A stretch of DNA of 64,000 nucleotides from Euglena gracilis (Eukaryota), in assembly GCA_039621445.1 (NCBI GenBank), contig CP154954.1:20818642-20882641 (forward strand), in the 5' to 3' direction. Positions 47,731 to 64,000 of this stretch are shown one piece after another. Positions within the stretch are counted from its first letter, which is position 1. Each line of letters starts with the position of its first letter. Position numbers and translations under genes: made by a program. The notes beneath the pieces were generated by a model. That model searched no databases. It had not been told where the DNA came from and saw nothing but the letters and a program-made list of their open reading frames with translations.

Positions 47731-48937
47731 CAGGCCTGGTGGCAGCAGAGGGGCTGGAACCTGTCATCATCGGCGATGACCGCCCCGACCCCAATTCAGT
47801 TTGTGTGATTTATGCTATATATGCTATAGAATATTATATATATTATGCAGATATTACATTGTTATATGCATACATTGCATTGCTTATGCTATGTGTGTGT
47901 GTGTGTGTGTGTGTGTGCTCATATGATCTGGTGGCACCACAGCTCCACAAAAACAATGTGGCAATGCTCCAGCCGACCAAGCCGCTGGCCTTTGAGATGT
48001 GTGCAGTGCGCAGACCACACTCTGCAGCCTGGTACCGAATTCTCGCCGCTGCCCGCACCGGCACCAGCAGCGCACATCACATGTGTCGGCTGGCGGCCAC
48101 AGCCCCCCTGGGCGATGTTGCAGCCCTCCAGCACCGTCAGCTGGTGCGGGGACGGGAGGGTGCGGAAGCAGCGGCGGCTGACGAGGAACTTCCCGTTGAG
48201 GCGGCCAAAATGCGTCGCGTTGACCGAGTCGTGGACGCAGAGGGCGACGAGCGGATTGTTCAATGGTGTGCAAAGCGTTCTTCGCAGTCACCATTGCAAA
48301 ACGTGCCAACGGCTGCTTGCCGAAGGTTAGATGACATGCGTTGGCGGTTTTGACATCAATCAGTCCTGCCAAACTGAAAGACCGTTCAGACCAGGGCAAT
48401 TCAATTTTGTGAGCCACACTTTCTTCCCGCTAAGATTTCCTTATGCTCGCAATATGTGTGGTATACACTCTGTCCACTGACCGGTGCAAACTACTCCCCT
48501 CTTTCACACTGCCATGTACAGATGTGTACTTTCGGATGAGTCCCCTGATGGATGGATGGTCTAACTTGTTGATGGGCAAACCTAAAAATCATTTTCGGAG
48601 GGAAAAGAGGACATGAGGCGTCCTGCAGCGTAAGATATGCATCACATACAGAGAAGTGTGAGGGGCCCTTCAAATAAGTGCAATGGTGTAGAAAATTGTA
48701 CCTTTTTCTACTTGGCAATTCGTACTTATTCGTAACTGGGGAATTATTCATTCGTACTTATTCGTACTTATTCGTACTTATTCGTATTTTGGCAGATCTC
48801 GGCAATTCGTACTTATTCGTACTTATTCGTACTTATTCGTGTACGAATCAGTGGGAAACCCTGGTTGTCTACCTACCCAAAACTCAAAAAAAAAATGGGT
48901 TTTATTTTTCAACCATGATTCCCGTACAGCCCTGCCT

Positions 48938-61127
<12,190 letters not shown>

Positions 61128-62389
61128 GGGCAGAGATTCGGCCAAAAACGGGCCTTTTCTGGGCCTCCGAGTGCCTTATCCAAGAACCCAGGCACTGTTG
61201 GCTGTGTTCCCTATCCCCCTCCAGGGAGATCAGGGAGGGGATCTGGTTGTGAGGCTTTGGGGGGGGGGCAGAATTAGCACCCATCCACCTACCCATGCGC
61301 TTGTGTTGAGTGGCTTTTTTCGCACTTTTTTGGACTTCACTTTCGGACCCTCGGGGGGGGGGGGGTGGATGACACTTATATGGTACTGCCCACCATTTGG
61401 GAACTTGCACACTTAAATGGGGGGTTATCCACTTGGTACGACCCAGGGGGAGGGGTTTAACAATAAAAGCACCTGCTTGGGGTGCCTGCAGGCCATCTGC
61501 ACAACAGAAAACAAACCAAAGTCCAACTCAAACCCAAAGATGCTGGAGAAATTCCCATCAAAAGTGTGCAGGTTGCCACACATCAAAACACACCAGAACC
61601 CTCCACGGGCAATGAGGAAAAGAGGCTGTGTCTGTCTCATAACGGCATCAGCTGTGCAGGAAAGAACATACACAAACATTGGACATCAACCACGATTGTG
61701 CGTTTTTGTCAGGAGTAGAACGACAAGACTTCTAAACCACACCACCTTGATTGAGAACAGAAAGAAGGAATAATGAACAGAAAAATGGAATGGTGCTTCC
61801 AAACAAAAGAAAAAGGCGCTCCACTGAGAGCGCCACTGACCCCCGGACTGTAACCTCTTTGCAACACTACTACGCAGGAACACTGGGTCCAAATGGCCTC
61901 ACCTGTTTTGGTTGGCAGTGTAATGTGAAGGGAGATTGGAAATTTCTCATCTGATGGTAATGCATTGTCCAGTTTAACGTTGCTTGCTGAAAGCAATCAG
62001 GATTTCCACGTGCCCACCATTGTAATCATCCAAACAAAAATACAACCCCCGAACAGAAACTTCATGGGCTCGTGTTTCCAAGTGTGATCCGTGATTTATT
62101 TTTGGGTGGCAACAGCAAGGCTCAAGCAGAAGAGGTAAAGGGCTGGCATGTGCATGGCCCTGCCGCTTTGGCAAAGGGAGAGGCCAGCCAAGGCATCTGG
62201 AAGCAGCGCCAGTGATGAATGTGACAATAAGTGGGCCACAAGGCGGGAATGCTGGGTTGGGGGGATGGCTTGCCAGCCAAAGAGGGCGGCGCTAAGAGTC
62301 ATTCATTTCCGGTGGCGAACAGTCATCCGCAGCAACGCACGGGTGGCACTGCACACGCCCGACTGTCGAGGCCAGAGAGGGCCACGGCA

Positions 62390-64000
62390 TCAGAAGCACG
62401 ACAGGGGGCCCCAGCGCTTCTTGGCCTCGTCGCGACACCAGCGGTGGTACGGGTGCGCGTCGCTGACCCGGAGCAACGCCCGGAGCGTCAGGGAGGGCCC
62501 CATGGCAGCGATGGCCGTGCCGGGGGACGCAGCAGAGTTTGGGGTTGACGCGCAGCGCAGGTGAGAAGGGCAGCGCCAGAAAGGGGCATGTGTCTGAATG
62601 GATGTGGAGGGGGGGGGCTGGCATTAGTGTAACCCCCCCCCCGGGAAACTGTCACCTGACAGGTTGGCCGGTACCGGGGACGCTGACAACTTCCGAAACT
62701 GACAGGTTGGCCAGTGATGGGGATCCCGACAGTTCCCCAGGGGGGGGGGGGGGTAAGAGTCACCAAGGGGTGGGGGTGGCACGGGGCCCAGCGGGGCGAA
62801 CTGCCGGAGATCGTAGTCGCTGGTCTCGTTCAACAGGGCGTCGGCGCGGCGCCACTCCGCCGGGAAGTTGCGGAGGTACGAGTTCCAGTAGCCGCGGCGG
62901 CAGCCCGGCGGGGCGGCGGCCCAATGCCATTGTGTCATTTGTGTCCCAATGCAGGGGGGGGGGATTGATATCGGAGGCCTTCGGAAAAATTGCGGAAAAA
63001 AATGCGGAAAAAATGCGGAAATTGCGGGAAAAAATGCGGAAATTGCGGAAAAAATGCGGAAATTGCGGAAAAAATGCGGAAATTGCGGAAAAAATTGCGG
63101 AAATTGCAGAAAAAAATGCGGAAAATTTTATATCGGGAATATACACATTTCTGCTTGAGAGGACTTAGAAATTTTTCAACTGTGAGGTTCAGAACACCGC
63201 AACACCCACGTCGATGCATGTGCGGAACGCGTGTACTCTGCCCAATCATCCTCAAAACAATCAAGTTGAAGCAAAGGGTAATTGATGCGCAAAAGGCTCA
63301 TACAGGCAGACATCTGAAAAGATCATAAATGAAACTGCTGAAATTAATGGTCTGAAAAACCTTTGAGTTGCAACATGCGTCTTGACGCTGGCATTGAACA
63401 ATGCTTCACCCCCACGCCCTTTCCCTCTCTTTCTTTTGTTGGCAGGTGCACCTGTGAGAAAAGTTGGTAAACTGGGGGAAGAAAACAACAAAACACAATA
63501 GCACACCTGTTGATCCATTTGAAGAATGGCTTGAACTCATTGCATCTTCCATCTTCGGTGGTGGGGAAAAAAATTCTGCGAATGGGAAAAAATTGCGGAA
63601 AAATTGCGGAAATTGCGGAAAAAATGCGAAAAATTGCGGATAATTGCGATAATTGCGGGAAAATTGCGGAAATTGCGGGAAAATTGTGGATATCAATTTC
63701 CCCCCCTGCCCAATGTCAGCAGGGTTGGAATCCAAATCTGAGGCCATTTCCCCACCTCTGCATCTCACTATTTATAATTGTCAGTAGGCAGGATGCCAGG
63801 TCATTGTTGTATGGCAATGGACCCAACGAGGCAGAGGTATGCGCACTGGTGAACACCGAAGTCAAATCACCTTCGCTGGAAAAAGAAAATAAAAAAATAA
63901 GTGGAATACGTCTCGCGCGCGCGACACATTTTTTTTCTTTTGGGACTCATCTTAAGCTGCGCCGTTCTGCAACAGCGATTCAGAGGAGCCTTTGACAACA
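62390..64000 (-). CDS. Duplicate of the 3' exons of the unidentified protein; continues beyond the window
   Basis: Matches 45915-47570. Confidence 0.55.

Overview
Intron-rich eukaryotic nuclear DNA, very probably from a euglenid (Euglena-like). Genes mix conventional GT/GC-AG introns with nonconventional introns that lack GT-AG, have base-paired ends and follow an N3-CAG...CTG-N5/6|R pattern. Five multi-exon genes lie in a row on the minus strand: a GT8/glycogenin-like glycosyltransferase (3' half not found), adenylate kinase 6, an RRM + DEAD-box RNA helicase, a large two-module calcyphosin-like EF-hand protein, and the 3' part of an unidentified protein. A possible membrane-protein gene starts on the plus strand at the window's left edge. 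Bases ~31801-47570 recur at ~48247-64000 (offset ~16.45 kb), either a true tandem duplication or an assembly/haplotype artefact. Introns hold microsatellites and at least seven MITE families. Main result: one nonconventional intron (31274-32491) is itself a CAGGG-terminated MITE with an 8-bp target-site duplication (TSD), and a free sibling with the same TIR and its own 8-bp TSD sits at 26922-27206. The 3+5 nt splice offsets equal the 8-bp TSD, so splicing restores the exon exactly, which suggests hAT-like MITEs act as intron generators here. All junctions were inferred by eye and may be off by a few nt.
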